Assembly (NCBI GenBank): GCA_035486355.1
Contig: DATHNE010000207.1
Span: 521-64,520, forward strand
Reading direction: 5' to 3'
DNA: 64,000 nucleotides
Source: Acetobacteraceae bacterium
GTDB lineage: Bacteria; Pseudomonadota; Alphaproteobacteria; Acetobacterales; Acetobacteraceae
The stretch's first letter is position 1; each line of letters starts with the position of its first letter. The translations under genes and the position numbers were made by a program. A model generated the notes under the pieces. It did not search any database and was not told the DNA's origin. It worked only from the letters and a program-made list of their open reading frames with translations. Shown here in pieces: positions 56,330-64,000 of this stretch.

Positions 56330-57298
56330 TCAGAGGGTTTTCAGCACCGTCTCGATCTCAGCCGGCGTACCGGCTGCGGCGATCGCGGCGTCGGGGGCAA
56401 TGCGGCGGCTCAGGCCGGACAGCACCTTGCCGGCGCCAAGTTCGAGGAAACTGTCGACGCCGAGCGCGGTCATCGCCAGCACGCATTCCCGCCAGCGCAC
56501 GGTCGCGGTGACCTGGCGGACCAGCAGGGCGCGGATTTGCGCCGGATCGGTGACCTTGGCCGCGATCACGTTGGCGATCAGCGGCACGGCGGGGGCGAGC
56601 GGCGGGGTTTGCTCCAGCGCCGCGGCCATCGCATCCGCGGCCGGCGCCATCAGCGCGCAATGGAAGGGGGCGGAAACCGGCAGCAGCATCGCGCGGCGCA
56701 CGCCCTTTGCCTTGGCGATTTCCACCGCGCGCTCCACCGCTGCCCGCGCGCCGGAAATCACCACCTGGCCACCGCCATTGTCGTTGGCGGCCTCGACCAC
56801 GTCGGTCGCCTTGGTCTCGCTGTCCGGAACCGGCGCGGCCGCGGCGCAAATTTCGCGCGCCAGATCCATCTCGGCGCCGAGCAACGCGGCCATCGCCCCG
56901 GTGCCGGCCGGCACTGCCTTCTGCATCGCCTGCCCACGCAGCTTCAGCAGTCGCGCGGCATCGGCGACGCTGAACGCGCCAGCAGCCGCCAGCGCGCTGT
57001 ATTCGCCCAGCGAATGGCCCGCCACCACCACCGCCTTCTGGCGCAGGGCGAACCCGCCTTCCTTCTCCAGCACCCGCAGCACCGCGAGCGACATCGCCAT
57101 CAACGCCGGCTGCGCGTTCTCGGTCAGTGTCAGTTCTTCGCCCGGCCCCTCGAACATCAGCTTGGACAGCTTCTGCTTCAGGACCTCGTCGACTTCCTCG
57201 AACACCTCGCGCGCCGGCGCGAAGGCGGCGGCCAGATCGCGGCCCATGCCGACCACCTGGCTACCCTGGCCGGGGAAGACGAACGCGTGGACCGGCAT
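56330..57298 (-). CDS. fabD: malonyl-CoA:ACP transacylase
   Basis: FPGQGSQ and GHSLGEYSAL motifs. 322 aa. First gene of the fab cluster. Confidence 0.93.
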   Translation of the reverse strand: MPVHAFVFPGQGSQVVGMGRDLAAAFAPAREVFEEVDEVLKQKLSKLMFEGPGEELTLTENAQPALMAMSLAVLRVLEKEGGFALRQKAVVVAGHSLGEYSALAAAGAFSVADAARLLKLRGQAMQKAVPAGTGAMAALLGAEMDLAREICAAAAPVPDSETKATDVVEAANDNGGGQVVISGARAAVERAVEIAKAKGVRRAMLLPVSAPFHCALMAPAADAMAAALEQTPPLAPAVPLIANVIAAKVTDPAQIRALLVRQVTATVRWRECVLAMTALGVDSFLELGAGKVLSGLSRRIAPDAAIAAAGTPAEIETVLKTL

Positions 57299-57594
57299 AC
57301 AGGGGAACTCCCGCCCAGTGGCTGGCGCGGCAAGCCGCGATGAGAACGGATTACGGCGAACTGTGGCGGGGCGGGGTACAGGGGGGTTCGGGGGCTGTCA
57401 ATGGAGCGGGATGGTTGGCGCGACGGTTGCCCGCCGTCTGGTGTTGCTCATCACGATCCGCCCCTTCCCTGCCGTCCGTGGCCTTGCCCCTACGACGCCC
57501 ACGCGGGACGGCAATGTTCGCAAAGCGGTGCGAACGCCCGTGCTTTCTGCTATGTCCCACGCTCGGCTTCACACCGGCGGAGCGTTGCAATCCC

Positions 57595-58383
57595 ATGTGC
57601 CGATTCCTCGCCTATCACGGCGAGCCGATCTTGCTGGAGACGCTGGTCGCCTCGCCCAGCCATTCGCTGATCAAGCAGTCGCAGCACGCGGCGGAGAGCA
57701 AGACCGAAACCAACGGCGATGGGTTCGGGGTCGGCTGGTACGGCGAGCGGTCAGAGCCGGGCCTGTATCGGGAGCTGCGCCCGGCCTGGTCGGACGAGAA
57801 TTTGTGGTCGATCTGCTCCCAGGTGCGCTCGTCGCTGTTCTTCGCCCATGTCCGCGCCGCGACCGGCACCGCGACCACGCGCGCCAACTGCCATCCGTTC
57901 GCGCTCGGCCGTTTCATGTTCATGCACAACGGCCAGATCGGTGGCTACCGCGCGATCCGCCGACGGGTGGAGGCACTGGTGCCGGACGAGCTGTACACTG
58001 TGCGCACCGGAACGACCGACACCGAGGCGATTTTCCTCGCCGCCGCGGCGCGTGGCCTGGAGACCGATCCGGTCGGCGCGATCAGTGAGACGCTGGGCCT
58101 GGTGCTGGCGGAAATGCGTCGGTCCGACGTGACGGCGCCGCTGCGCTTCACCGCGGCCCTGACTGATGGCACCGGCATCTGGGCCTTCCGCTGGTCCAGC
58201 GATGCCGCGCCGCCGACGCTGTACTATCGCCAACAGGACTGCGGGTTGGTGGTGGTGTCGGAGCCGATCGACGACGATCGTGAGGATTGGCATGCAGTGC
58301 CTGCCGGCCATGCTCTGATCGCCGCGCATGGGCGGACGGCGGAGCTGCGGCGGATGGAACTGCGCGTCACGCTGGCGGCGTAA
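57595..58383 (+). CDS. class II (Ntn) glutamine amidotransferase family protein
   Basis: Start moved to ATG 57595, giving N-terminal MCRF (Cys2 nucleophile), then NGDGFG.GWY and HVR.AT.G.....N.HPF. The 418-aa track ORF is an upstream extension. Confidence 0.82.
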   Translation: MCRFLAYHGEPILLETLVASPSHSLIKQSQHAAESKTETNGDGFGVGWYGERSEPGLYRELRPAWSDENLWSICSQVRSSLFFAHVRAATGTATTRANCHPFALGRFMFMHNGQIGGYRAIRRRVEALVPDELYTVRTGTTDTEAIFLAAAARGLETDPVGAISETLGLVLAEMRRSDVTAPLRFTAALTDGTGIWAFRWSSDAAPPTLYYRQQDCGLVVVSEPIDDDREDWHAVPAGHALIAAHGRTAELRRMELRVTLAA

Positions 58384-58407
58384 CGATCCGCCGCCGCGGC
58401 GCAGCGC

Positions 58408-59034
58408 TTACTCGGCTGCGGCAGCCTCCGGTTCCGCCTTCGGACCGGTATACAGATGCGGCCAGCGGCGCAGGACCACCGGGCTGTCGGTGCCGTAGGC
58501 GAGACAGGTCCCGACAATGGCCGGCGCGCCGCCCATCTTTTCGGCGATCTTTGCATCGAATTTGTCGCTGCCGGCTGGCACACTGCCTTCCTTGACCTCG
58601 TTGCGCGCACGCGCCGGATTGATCGTCTGGAACGCCGTGGTCGCCATCTGCTGCAGCATTTCGCGCAGATGGGTGCAGCCCAGCGTGCCGCGCACCCGGT
58701 TCGTCGCCTCGCGCAGAAAGCCCGGACGAATGTGCAGTCCCGTCAGCGCCGCGAAGTTCGGTGCGGCTTGCGGACACACCGCGTACGGCGTGCGGTCCGA
58801 CGCGGCCTCGCACGCGACGATCAGCATCGTCTCATCGACCGTCACGCGCATCCACAGGTCGTGCACCGGCTCATCAGCCGCGATGTAGCCGCGATCCTGG
58901 TTTGGAAATCCGTACGGCTTGGTGTCGACCAGGCGGCCTTCGATGTCGAACAGCCCATCGGCACGGCGATAGCCGTTGATCTCGATCCGGCGGGTGTGCA
59001 GCGACTCGCGCGGGGCGGGTGGGGTCAGCGGCAT
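58408..59034 (-). CDS. DUF2889 domain protein
   Basis: Start moved to ATG 59034 (MPLTPP). HTRRIEINGYRRADGLFDIEGRLVDTKPY...LGCTHLREMLQQMATTAFQT fits my recollection of the DUF2889 pattern. Confidence 0.7.
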   Translation of the reverse strand: MPLTPPAPRESLHTRRIEINGYRRADGLFDIEGRLVDTKPYGFPNQDRGYIAADEPVHDLWMRVTVDETMLIVACEAASDRTPYAVCPQAAPNFAALTGLHIRPGFLREATNRVRGTLGCTHLREMLQQMATTAFQTINPARARNEVKEGSVPAGSDKFDAKIAEKMGGAPAIVGTCLAYGTDSPVVLRRWPHLYTGPKAEPEAAAAE

Positions 59035-59130
59035 CGGCGTCTCCGGCACATGCTGCGGTGCAGCAGGATGCCTAACAAGCGGGTGCGGTGCGCGCAAGGC
59101 TATCGCGCGCATGGCTGGGACAAGCCGGCG

Positions 59131-59177
59131 TTGACCGAGCCGTCAACGCGCGATAAGATATATTTCAAATAAATCTT
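59131..59177 (+). promoter_or_regulatory. sigma70-like promoter overlapped by an NsrR-type 11-1-11 inverted repeat
   Basis: TTGACC (59131-59136), 17 nt, TAAGAT (59154-59159). AAGATATATTT-C-AAATAAATCTT lies at 59155-59177 (arms 10/11 complementary), ending 10 nt before the trHb ATG. Confidence 0.7.
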
Positions 59178-59187
59178 CTGGTGCAGC

Positions 59188-59625
59188 ATGACCCCGCAAA
59201 CCGACACGCAGCGATTTCGCCGCATCACCGAGGAATCGATCACGCTTCTGGTCGACGCATTCTACGCGCGGGTACGGCGCGATCTGCGCCTGGGCCCGGT
59301 GTTCGAGGCCGCGATCGTCGAGGCGGATTGGCCCGCCCATCTGGCGACGATGCAACGCTTCTGGTCGTCGGTGATGCTCACCTCCGGTCGCTATTCCGGC
59401 AATCCGGTCGCTGTGCACCGTGTGGTGCAAGGGATGGATCGCGCGCTGTTCCCCCGCTGGCTGGCGCTGTTCGAAGCGACGGCGCGCGACCTGTTTGCCG
59501 CCGACCTCGCCGCCGCATTCGCGCGCAAGGCGCAGCGTATTGCCACAAGCCTCCAGCTCGCGCTGTTCCACCGGCTCGGCCAACCGCCGGAGGGCCTGGA
59601 ACGACGCGCGCCGGAGGCGACATGA
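59188..59625 (+). CDS. group III truncated haemoglobin (Ctb-like)
   Basis: Colinear by eye with Campylobacter Ctb (LVDAFYARVRRD..LGPVF, HLATMQRFWSSVMLTSGRYSGNP...H). 145 aa. Confidence 0.85.
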   Translation: MTPQTDTQRFRRITEESITLLVDAFYARVRRDLRLGPVFEAAIVEADWPAHLATMQRFWSSVMLTSGRYSGNPVAVHRVVQGMDRALFPRWLALFEATARDLFAADLAAAFARKAQRIATSLQLALFHRLGQPPEGLERRAPEAT

Positions 59626-60065
59626 AGCTCACGGCCTACACCGACTACACGCTGCGCACGCTGATCTATCTGGCGATCCGGGCACCGCACCCCACCACCA
59701 TCGCCGAGATCGCGCGCACCTATCGGATCTCCGAGGCACACCTCACCAAGGTGGTGCATCAGCTCGGCCTCAGCGGCGACATTGAGACGGTGCGCGGCAA
59801 GGGCGGCGGCGTGCGGCTGAAACGGCCCGCCGGCCAGATCAACCTTGGCGCCGTCGTGCGACGCACCGAACCCGACCTTGCCCTGGTCGCCTGCTTTGAC
59901 CACGCGGAGGCCTGCGCGATCGGCCCCGCCTGCGTGCTACAGACAGCGCTGTACGACGCCCTGGCGGCGTTCCTGGCGGTGCTCGACGGCTATTCCCTGG
60001 CCGACTTGATCGCCCCGCGTCGCCGGCTCGCCGCGCTGCTGGGCCTCGCGGTCGTGGCGACATGA
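59622..60065 (+). CDS. nsrR: Rrf2-family transcriptional regulator, NsrR-like
   Basis: ATGA overlap with trHb. wHTH N-terminus MKLTAYTDYTLRTLIYLA. Cys triad CFDHAEACAIGPAC (C-x6-C-x5-C) for an Fe-S cluster. Confidence 0.8.
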   Translation: MKLTAYTDYTLRTLIYLAIRAPHPTTIAEIARTYRISEAHLTKVVHQLGLSGDIETVRGKGGGVRLKRPAGQINLGAVVRRTEPDLALVACFDHAEACAIGPACVLQTALYDALAAFLAVLDGYSLADLIAPRRRLAALLGLAVVAT

Positions 60066-60649
60066 CGCCGGCCGAGATCGCAGCCTGGCGCCGCGCCAAG
60101 CGGGCAGAGCTGCTGGCACGCCGTCAGGACCTGCGACCCGAGGATCGCAAGCGCGCCGCGGATATCATCGCAAGCAAGCTGGATCGTCTCTGCGCCGACA
60201 CGACCCCGACGATAGTCGGCCTGTATTGGCCGATCCAGCAGGAGCCGAGCCTGTTGCCCTGGGGTCGTGCGCTGGCGCAGCACCGGCAGATCAGCCTCTG
60301 CCTGCCGGTGGTGGTGAGGCGGCAAGCGCCACTGGAATACTGGCGCTGGGCACCGGGTGAGGCGACGGTGCCGGGCTTCTGGAACATTCCTGTTCCGGCA
60401 CATCGTGATCGGGTGATGCCGGATCTGATCCTGGCCCCGCTGGTCGGTTTCGATCGCGCGCGGTACCGTCTGGGCTATGGCGGCGGCTATTTCGACCGTA
60501 CGCTCGCCGCCCTGCCCCAGCGCGCCTTCGTCGTCGGCGTCGGCTACCAGTTCGGCGCGCTCGAAACCATCTTCCCGCAGCCACATGACATCGCCATGGA
60601 TGCCATCGCCACCGATGCCACCACCGATGCACGTGCCCGGGGCACCTGA
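60062..60649 (+). CDS. 5-formyltetrahydrofolate cyclo-ligase
   Basis: ATGA overlap with nsrR. LLAPLVGFDRARYRLGYGGGYFDRTL motif. 195 aa. Confidence 0.85.
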   Translation: MTPAEIAAWRRAKRAELLARRQDLRPEDRKRAADIIASKLDRLCADTTPTIVGLYWPIQQEPSLLPWGRALAQHRQISLCLPVVVRRQAPLEYWRWAPGEATVPGFWNIPVPAHRDRVMPDLILAPLVGFDRARYRLGYGGGYFDRTLAALPQRAFVVGVGYQFGALETIFPQPHDIAMDAIATDATTDARARGT

Positions 60650-61083
60650 TGGACCTGACCCAATTTGCCATCACCTTGGTGGCGAAGATGGCGGACGCAT
60701 TGGTCTATGCCGATGCTGACGGCACGATCCGGGTCTGGAACGACGGTGCCACCCGCGTGTTCGGCCATGTCGCCGCCGAGGCGATCGGCCAGTCACTCGA
60801 CCTGATCATCCCGACGGGGTTGCGTGCGCGGCATTGGCAGGGCTATCGCGAGACTGTGCGCACCGGCCAGACCCGCTACGGCGGTGGCCAGGTGCTGTCA
60901 GTGCCAGCCCTGCGCAAGGATGGCACACGCGTCTCGGTGGAATTCACCGTCGTGCCATTCACCGACACCACCGGACAGATGACAGGCATCGCGGCGATCA
61001 TGCGTGATACGAGCCGGACGTTCGAAGAACTGCGGGCGCTGCGTAAGGAGCTGGCCGCCCGGCGGGAAGCCTTCCCCCGATGA
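60649..61083 (+). CDS. stand-alone PAS domain protein
   Basis: 1-nt overlap with the upstream stop. ALVYADADGTIRVWNDGATRVFGHVAAEAIGQSLDLIIP...RKDGTRVSVEF is a PAS fold. No output domain. Confidence 0.8.
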   Translation: MDLTQFAITLVAKMADALVYADADGTIRVWNDGATRVFGHVAAEAIGQSLDLIIPTGLRARHWQGYRETVRTGQTRYGGGQVLSVPALRKDGTRVSVEFTVVPFTDTTGQMTGIAAIMRDTSRTFEELRALRKELAARREAFPR

Positions 61084-61108
61084 CACGACCACTATGCCGT
61101 CCAGCCAG

Positions 61109-62902
61109 TTACCGCACGCGGTAGAGCACCACGCGGTCCCGTTCCTCGGCCTGCAGCCGGGTGCGCACATTCATCAGATCCCGCCAGCCGATATAACCGA
61201 GCAGATGCTCGTCCTCGCGCGAGACCACCGGAATATGCGCCACATTCGCCCGCGTCATGCGATCGATCAGCCCATCGAGATACTCATCCGGGTAGGCAAC
61301 AATCGCACGGGCTTTACCGGCCAGCCGCCCCAGGGTCTCATCCCGGTGCTTGCCAGCACGCCGCCAGCGCAGCACCGCCGGCGGATCGATAATGCCCAGC
61401 ACGCGCCGCGCGGCATCCACCACCGGAAAGCTCGGATGCGCCGTGCCCGGATCGGTCAGGAACGACGCGGCCTGATGCAGCGTCATACTGTCCGGCACCG
61501 TCTGCACCTCGGTGGTCATCACATCGTCCGCCCGCGTCAAGGTGAATGGATCAACGCGATACTCACGCGACAGATGATGCCCGCGCCGTGCCACTTTCTC
61601 GGTCAGGATCGATCGGCGCATCAGCAGCACGGTGACCAGATGCGCGGTGACGCAGGCCGCCAGCAACGGCAGCAGTACATGCGTGTTGCCCGTCAGCTCC
61701 GTGGCGAAAAACGTCGCCGTCAGCGGGGACCGCATGGTGCCACCCATCGTCGCCGCCATCGCCAGCAGCGCCCAGAATCCCGGGCTGGCCGCCGGCAACA
61801 CATGCGCCAGCGCCATGCCCATGCCGCCGCCCATGATCCGCAGCGGCGCCAGCACACCGCCCGAGGTGCCGGACCCCAAGGCCACCCCCCAGATGATCGC
61901 CTTCACCGCCAACAACAGCAGCGCCGAAGCCGGCGGCATCGTGCCTTGCAGCATCTGCGCGATGTTGTCGTAGCCGACACTGAGTGCCCGCGGATCGATC
62001 CAGCCGCCGACGCCGACCACCACGCCACCCAGCATTGGCCACCACATCCAATGGATCGGCAGCTTCAGGAATCCGTCTTCACACGCATAGACCAGCCGCG
62101 TCAGCAGGCCGGACAGCAGACCCACCAGTACCCAGCACAGCGTCGCGATCAGTGTGACGTCCATTGCGCCCAGGAACGGAAACAATGGCGAGGGCAAGCC
62201 GAGCCAGGTGCGCTCGACCTCGGCGGTGATCGCCGCGACCGCCACCGGAACGAAACTGCGCGGCGTCCATTCGAACAGCAGCAGCTCCACCGCCAGCATG
62301 ACCGCGGCGATCGGCGTGCCGAACACCGTGGTCATGCCCGCCGCCGCGCCGGCCACCAGCAGCGTCTTCCGCTCGTTGTCGCTGACCGGCAGCAATTGCG
62401 CGATCAGGGAGCCGATCGCCCCGCCCGTCATGATGATCGGCCCCTCGGCACCGAACGGCCCGCCGGTGCCAATCGAGATCGCCGACGACAGCGGCTTCAG
62501 GATCGCCACCTTCGGGTCTAGCCGCGAGCGCCCGAGCAGGATTGCCTCGATCGCCTCCGGGATCCCGTGACCGCGGATCTTGTCACTGCCGTAGCGTGCC
62601 ATCAGGCCGATGATCAGCGCGCCGGCCACCGGCACCAGAACGGCGAACGGCCCCAGCGGCGAGTGGCCGAGCGGCAGGTCGGCCAAGCTGAAGGCGCCGA
62701 AATACGCGATGTTGGTGCACAGGCGGATCAGCTTCAGCAGGATGACACCCGAGATCACGCCGCCGGTGCCCACGAGGAGGGCGATCGCCACGATCACCAG
62801 GACGCGCGGATCGGTGGTGAAATCGCCCAGATGGCGAATTCCTTTGCTCATGGCATGGTCGAGCGTATCGGCGCCGCTCGCAGATCGTGCGGTCTGTGTC
62901 AC
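61109..62902 (-). CDS. ClC-family chloride channel/antiporter with C-terminal CBS pair
   Basis: GTG start 9 nt after AAGGA. GHGIPE, GGPFGAEGP and GSGTSGG selectivity motifs. Two CBS-like repeats at the C-terminus. Confidence 0.9.
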   Translation of the reverse strand: MTQTARSASGADTLDHAMSKGIRHLGDFTTDPRVLVIVAIALLVGTGGVISGVILLKLIRLCTNIAYFGAFSLADLPLGHSPLGPFAVLVPVAGALIIGLMARYGSDKIRGHGIPEAIEAILLGRSRLDPKVAILKPLSSAISIGTGGPFGAEGPIIMTGGAIGSLIAQLLPVSDNERKTLLVAGAAAGMTTVFGTPIAAVMLAVELLLFEWTPRSFVPVAVAAITAEVERTWLGLPSPLFPFLGAMDVTLIATLCWVLVGLLSGLLTRLVYACEDGFLKLPIHWMWWPMLGGVVVGVGGWIDPRALSVGYDNIAQMLQGTMPPASALLLLAVKAIIWGVALGSGTSGGVLAPLRIMGGGMGMALAHVLPAASPGFWALLAMAATMGGTMRSPLTATFFATELTGNTHVLLPLLAACVTAHLVTVLLMRRSILTEKVARRGHHLSREYRVDPFTLTRADDVMTTEVQTVPDSMTLHQAASFLTDPGTAHPSFPVVDAARRVLGIIDPPAVLRWRRAGKHRDETLGRLAGKARAIVAYPDEYLDGLIDRMTRANVAHIPVVSREDEHLLGYIGWRDLMNVRTRLQAEERDRVVLYRVR

Positions 62903-63005
62903 CCTGACGGATCCTTATGGAGGCGGGCGTGCGCGCTGCGCGGCAAATACATCGTATCACGATATGTAATTCGCAAGCGGCGAACCCGCCGCGCGCAGAC
63001 CAGCC

Positions 63006-63440
63006 ATGACCGGGATGGACACCGCCGAATACCGGCGATTGGCGGAATTCCGCTACCTGATTCGCTGCTTCCTGGAGTTCAGCGAGGCGGCGGCGGCGCG
63101 AGAGGGTCTGACACCGCGCCAGCATCAGGCGCTGCTGGCGATCAAGGGCGCGCCGGAGGCGGCCATCCCGACCATCGGCTACCTGGCCGAGCGGTTGCGC
63201 ATTCAGCACCACAGCGCGGTGGAGCTGGCGGACCGTCTGGTCGAGGGCGGGTTGCTGTTGCGCGTGCCCGACACGCACGACCGGCGGCGCGTGCGGCTGG
63301 CGCTGACGGCGACCGCCGAAGCCCGTCTGGCCGCGCTGTCGGCCAACCACCTGGAGGAGCTGCACCGCGTGCGGCCGGCGTTGTTGGAGATCCTGGATCA
63401 GGCCCGCGACGGCGCGGGCAGCCAGGGTGGCCACCCCTAG
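63006..63440 (+). CDS. MarR-family transcriptional regulator
   Basis: LTPRQHQALLAI...IGYLAERLRIQHHSAVELADRLVEGGLL.R..D..DRRRV.L.LT winged helix. 144 aa. Confidence 0.88.
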   Translation: MTGMDTAEYRRLAEFRYLIRCFLEFSEAAAAREGLTPRQHQALLAIKGAPEAAIPTIGYLAERLRIQHHSAVELADRLVEGGLLLRVPDTHDRRRVRLALTATAEARLAALSANHLEELHRVRPALLEILDQARDGAGSQGGHP

Positions 63441-63443
63441 TCG

Positions 63444-63466
63444 CCTCTTCCGCTGTGCGGGAGAGG
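63444..63466. repeat. REP-like hairpin (family 1 core)
   Basis: CCTCTTCCGCTGTGCGGGAGAGG lies 4 nt after the marR stop. Same core as 23007-23025 and 14760-14781. Confidence 0.7.
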
Positions 63467-63514
63467 TGTTGGCCGGGGCGCTTGACTTCCCACCCACCCG
63501 CTGAAACTGTTCCG

Positions 63515-63590
63515 TCTGACCGGGGTGCCCCAGCGCGGGGCTGAGATCATACCCGTTGAACCTGATCTGGGTCATGCCAGCGAAGGGAGG
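63515..63590 (+). promoter_or_regulatory. TPP (THI-box) riboswitch
   Basis: GGGGUGCCCCAGCGCGGGGCUGAGAUCAUACCCGUUGAACCUGAUCUGGGUCAUGCCAGCGAAGGGA carries the conserved GGGGUGC, CUGAGA, ACCC and ACCUGAUCUGG.UAAUGCCAGCG blocks. The 3' end abuts the GGGAGG RBS of the next gene. Confidence 0.88.
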
Positions 63591-63596
63591 CAAACG

Positions 63597-64000
63597 ATGC
63601 GCGCGATTGTCGTCGGGGCCGGCGTGTTGGGCGCTAGCGCCGCCTATCACCTGGCGCGTGCGGGGGCGCAGGTGATCGTGATTGATGCGGCGCGCGACGG
63701 GCGCGCCACCGCGGCGGGTGCCGGCCTCATCTGTCCCTGGGTGTCCGGTGTGGACGACGCCGTGTTCTACGCGTTGTATGCCGACGGGGGTCGTTACTAT
63801 ACCGACCTGGTCCCCGCACTGGCAGAGCTCGGTGAGACCGATCTTGGCTTCCGGCGCAGCGGCGCGTTGGTGGTATCCGCCGACGCCGCGGAGCTGGCCT
63901 GCATCGAACGTTTCGCGCGACAGCGTCAGGCGGATGCGCCGGAGATGGGTGCGATCAGCCGGCTCGCCCCGCGCGAGGCGCGCGCCTTGTTCCCGCCGCT
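63597..64000 (+). CDS. thiO: FAD-dependent oxidoreductase (DAO family), probably glycine oxidase ThiO; 3'-truncated by window edge
   Basis: ATG 63597 lies 6 nt after GGGAGG. MRAIVVGAGVLGASAAYHLARAGAQVIVID dinucleotide fold. The ThiO call rests on the TPP riboswitch directly upstream. The ORF is open to the window end. Confidence 0.65.
   Translation, partial: MRAIVVGAGVLGASAAYHLARAGAQVIVIDAARDGRATAAGAGLICPWVSGVDDAVFYALYADGGRYYTDLVPALAELGETDLGFRRSGALVVSADAAELACIERFARQRQADAPEMGAISRLAPREARALFPP

Noticed and set aside
55866-58088. 740-aa plus-strand ORF, the longest non-annotated ORF in the track
   Set aside because: It runs antisense through fabG and fabD, both unambiguous by motif, then through an intergenic region and out of frame into the amidotransferase gene. 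The translation is Ala/Arg/Ser/Pro-rich low-complexity sequence. This is the typical stop-free shadow frame of high-GC DNA.
59622-60062. Expected 6S RNA (ssrS) upstream of the 5-formyl-THF cyclo-ligase gene, as in many proteobacteria
   Set aside because: The ligase start overlaps the nsrR stop, so there is no non-coding space. 6S RNA must be encoded elsewhere.
61004-62521. 505-aa plus-strand ORF opposite the ClC gene
   Set aside because: It is extremely Arg/Gln/His-rich and antisense to a ClC protein with intact GHGIPE, GAEGP and GSGTSGG motifs. It is a shadow ORF. The same reasoning applies to 38022-39164, 47405-48544, 32189-33355, 21653-22648 and 62583-63650.
62903-63005. Possible fluoride (crcB-motif) riboswitch upstream of the ClC gene
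   Set aside because: No GGCGATG...AACCGCC...TGATGAT-type blocks occur on the minus strand. The ClC also carries a CBS pair and canonical chloride-type selectivity motifs rather than the short ClC-F architecture.

Overview
High-GC (about two-thirds G+C by eye), densely coding chromosomal segment with alphaproteobacterial hallmarks: fabD-fabG-acpP-fabF-mltG synteny, UPF0262 and DUF983 genes, and REP-like CCTCTCCCGC...GCGGGAGAGG intergenic hairpins. I call 63 protein-coding genes. I saw no rRNA, tRNA, CRISPR array, transposase, integrase or phage gene. Most ORFs in the supplied track are antisense or out-of-frame shadows of these genes, as expected at this GC content. Several track ORFs needed their starts moved downstream to an ATG/GTG/TTG preceded by a GGAG-type RBS. 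Content is mainly metabolism and transport: a CoA-transferase/thiolase/DUF35 operon; a HAAT-type ABC importer; kynureninase; SulP and YfcC transporters; cbpA-cbpM beside an FtsH paralogue; a seven-gene minus-strand cluster of unknown pathway (ThDP enzyme, NupC, GGT, ester cyclase, PEP-mutase-family lyase, Mo-oxidoreductase, PF10014 dioxygenase); PhyH-GT4-otnK-otnC; a Lys/Ala/Pro-repeat histone-like gene; prpD-prpC; a hydantoinase/D-carbamoylase/racemase module; mtnA; the fab cluster; and a truncated-haemoglobin-nsrR-5FTHF-ligase-PAS operon. Regulatory and RNA calls are a TPP riboswitch ahead of a partial thiO-like gene at the 3' edge, an NsrR-type 11-1-11 operator over a promoter -10, two good intrinsic terminators, and several REP-like repeat families. 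I found no recognisable defence, toxin-antitoxin, secretion or mobile system. The most unusual items are a triple 15-bp tandem repeat in a divergent promoter, the unexplained seven-gene cluster it fronts, the NO-stress operon architecture, a tandem-fused family III CoA-transferase, an orphan coding signal that runs without a stop into a convergent gene, and a 570-nt unassigned region upstream of the histone-like gene. All family assignments come from motif recognition by eye, not database searches.
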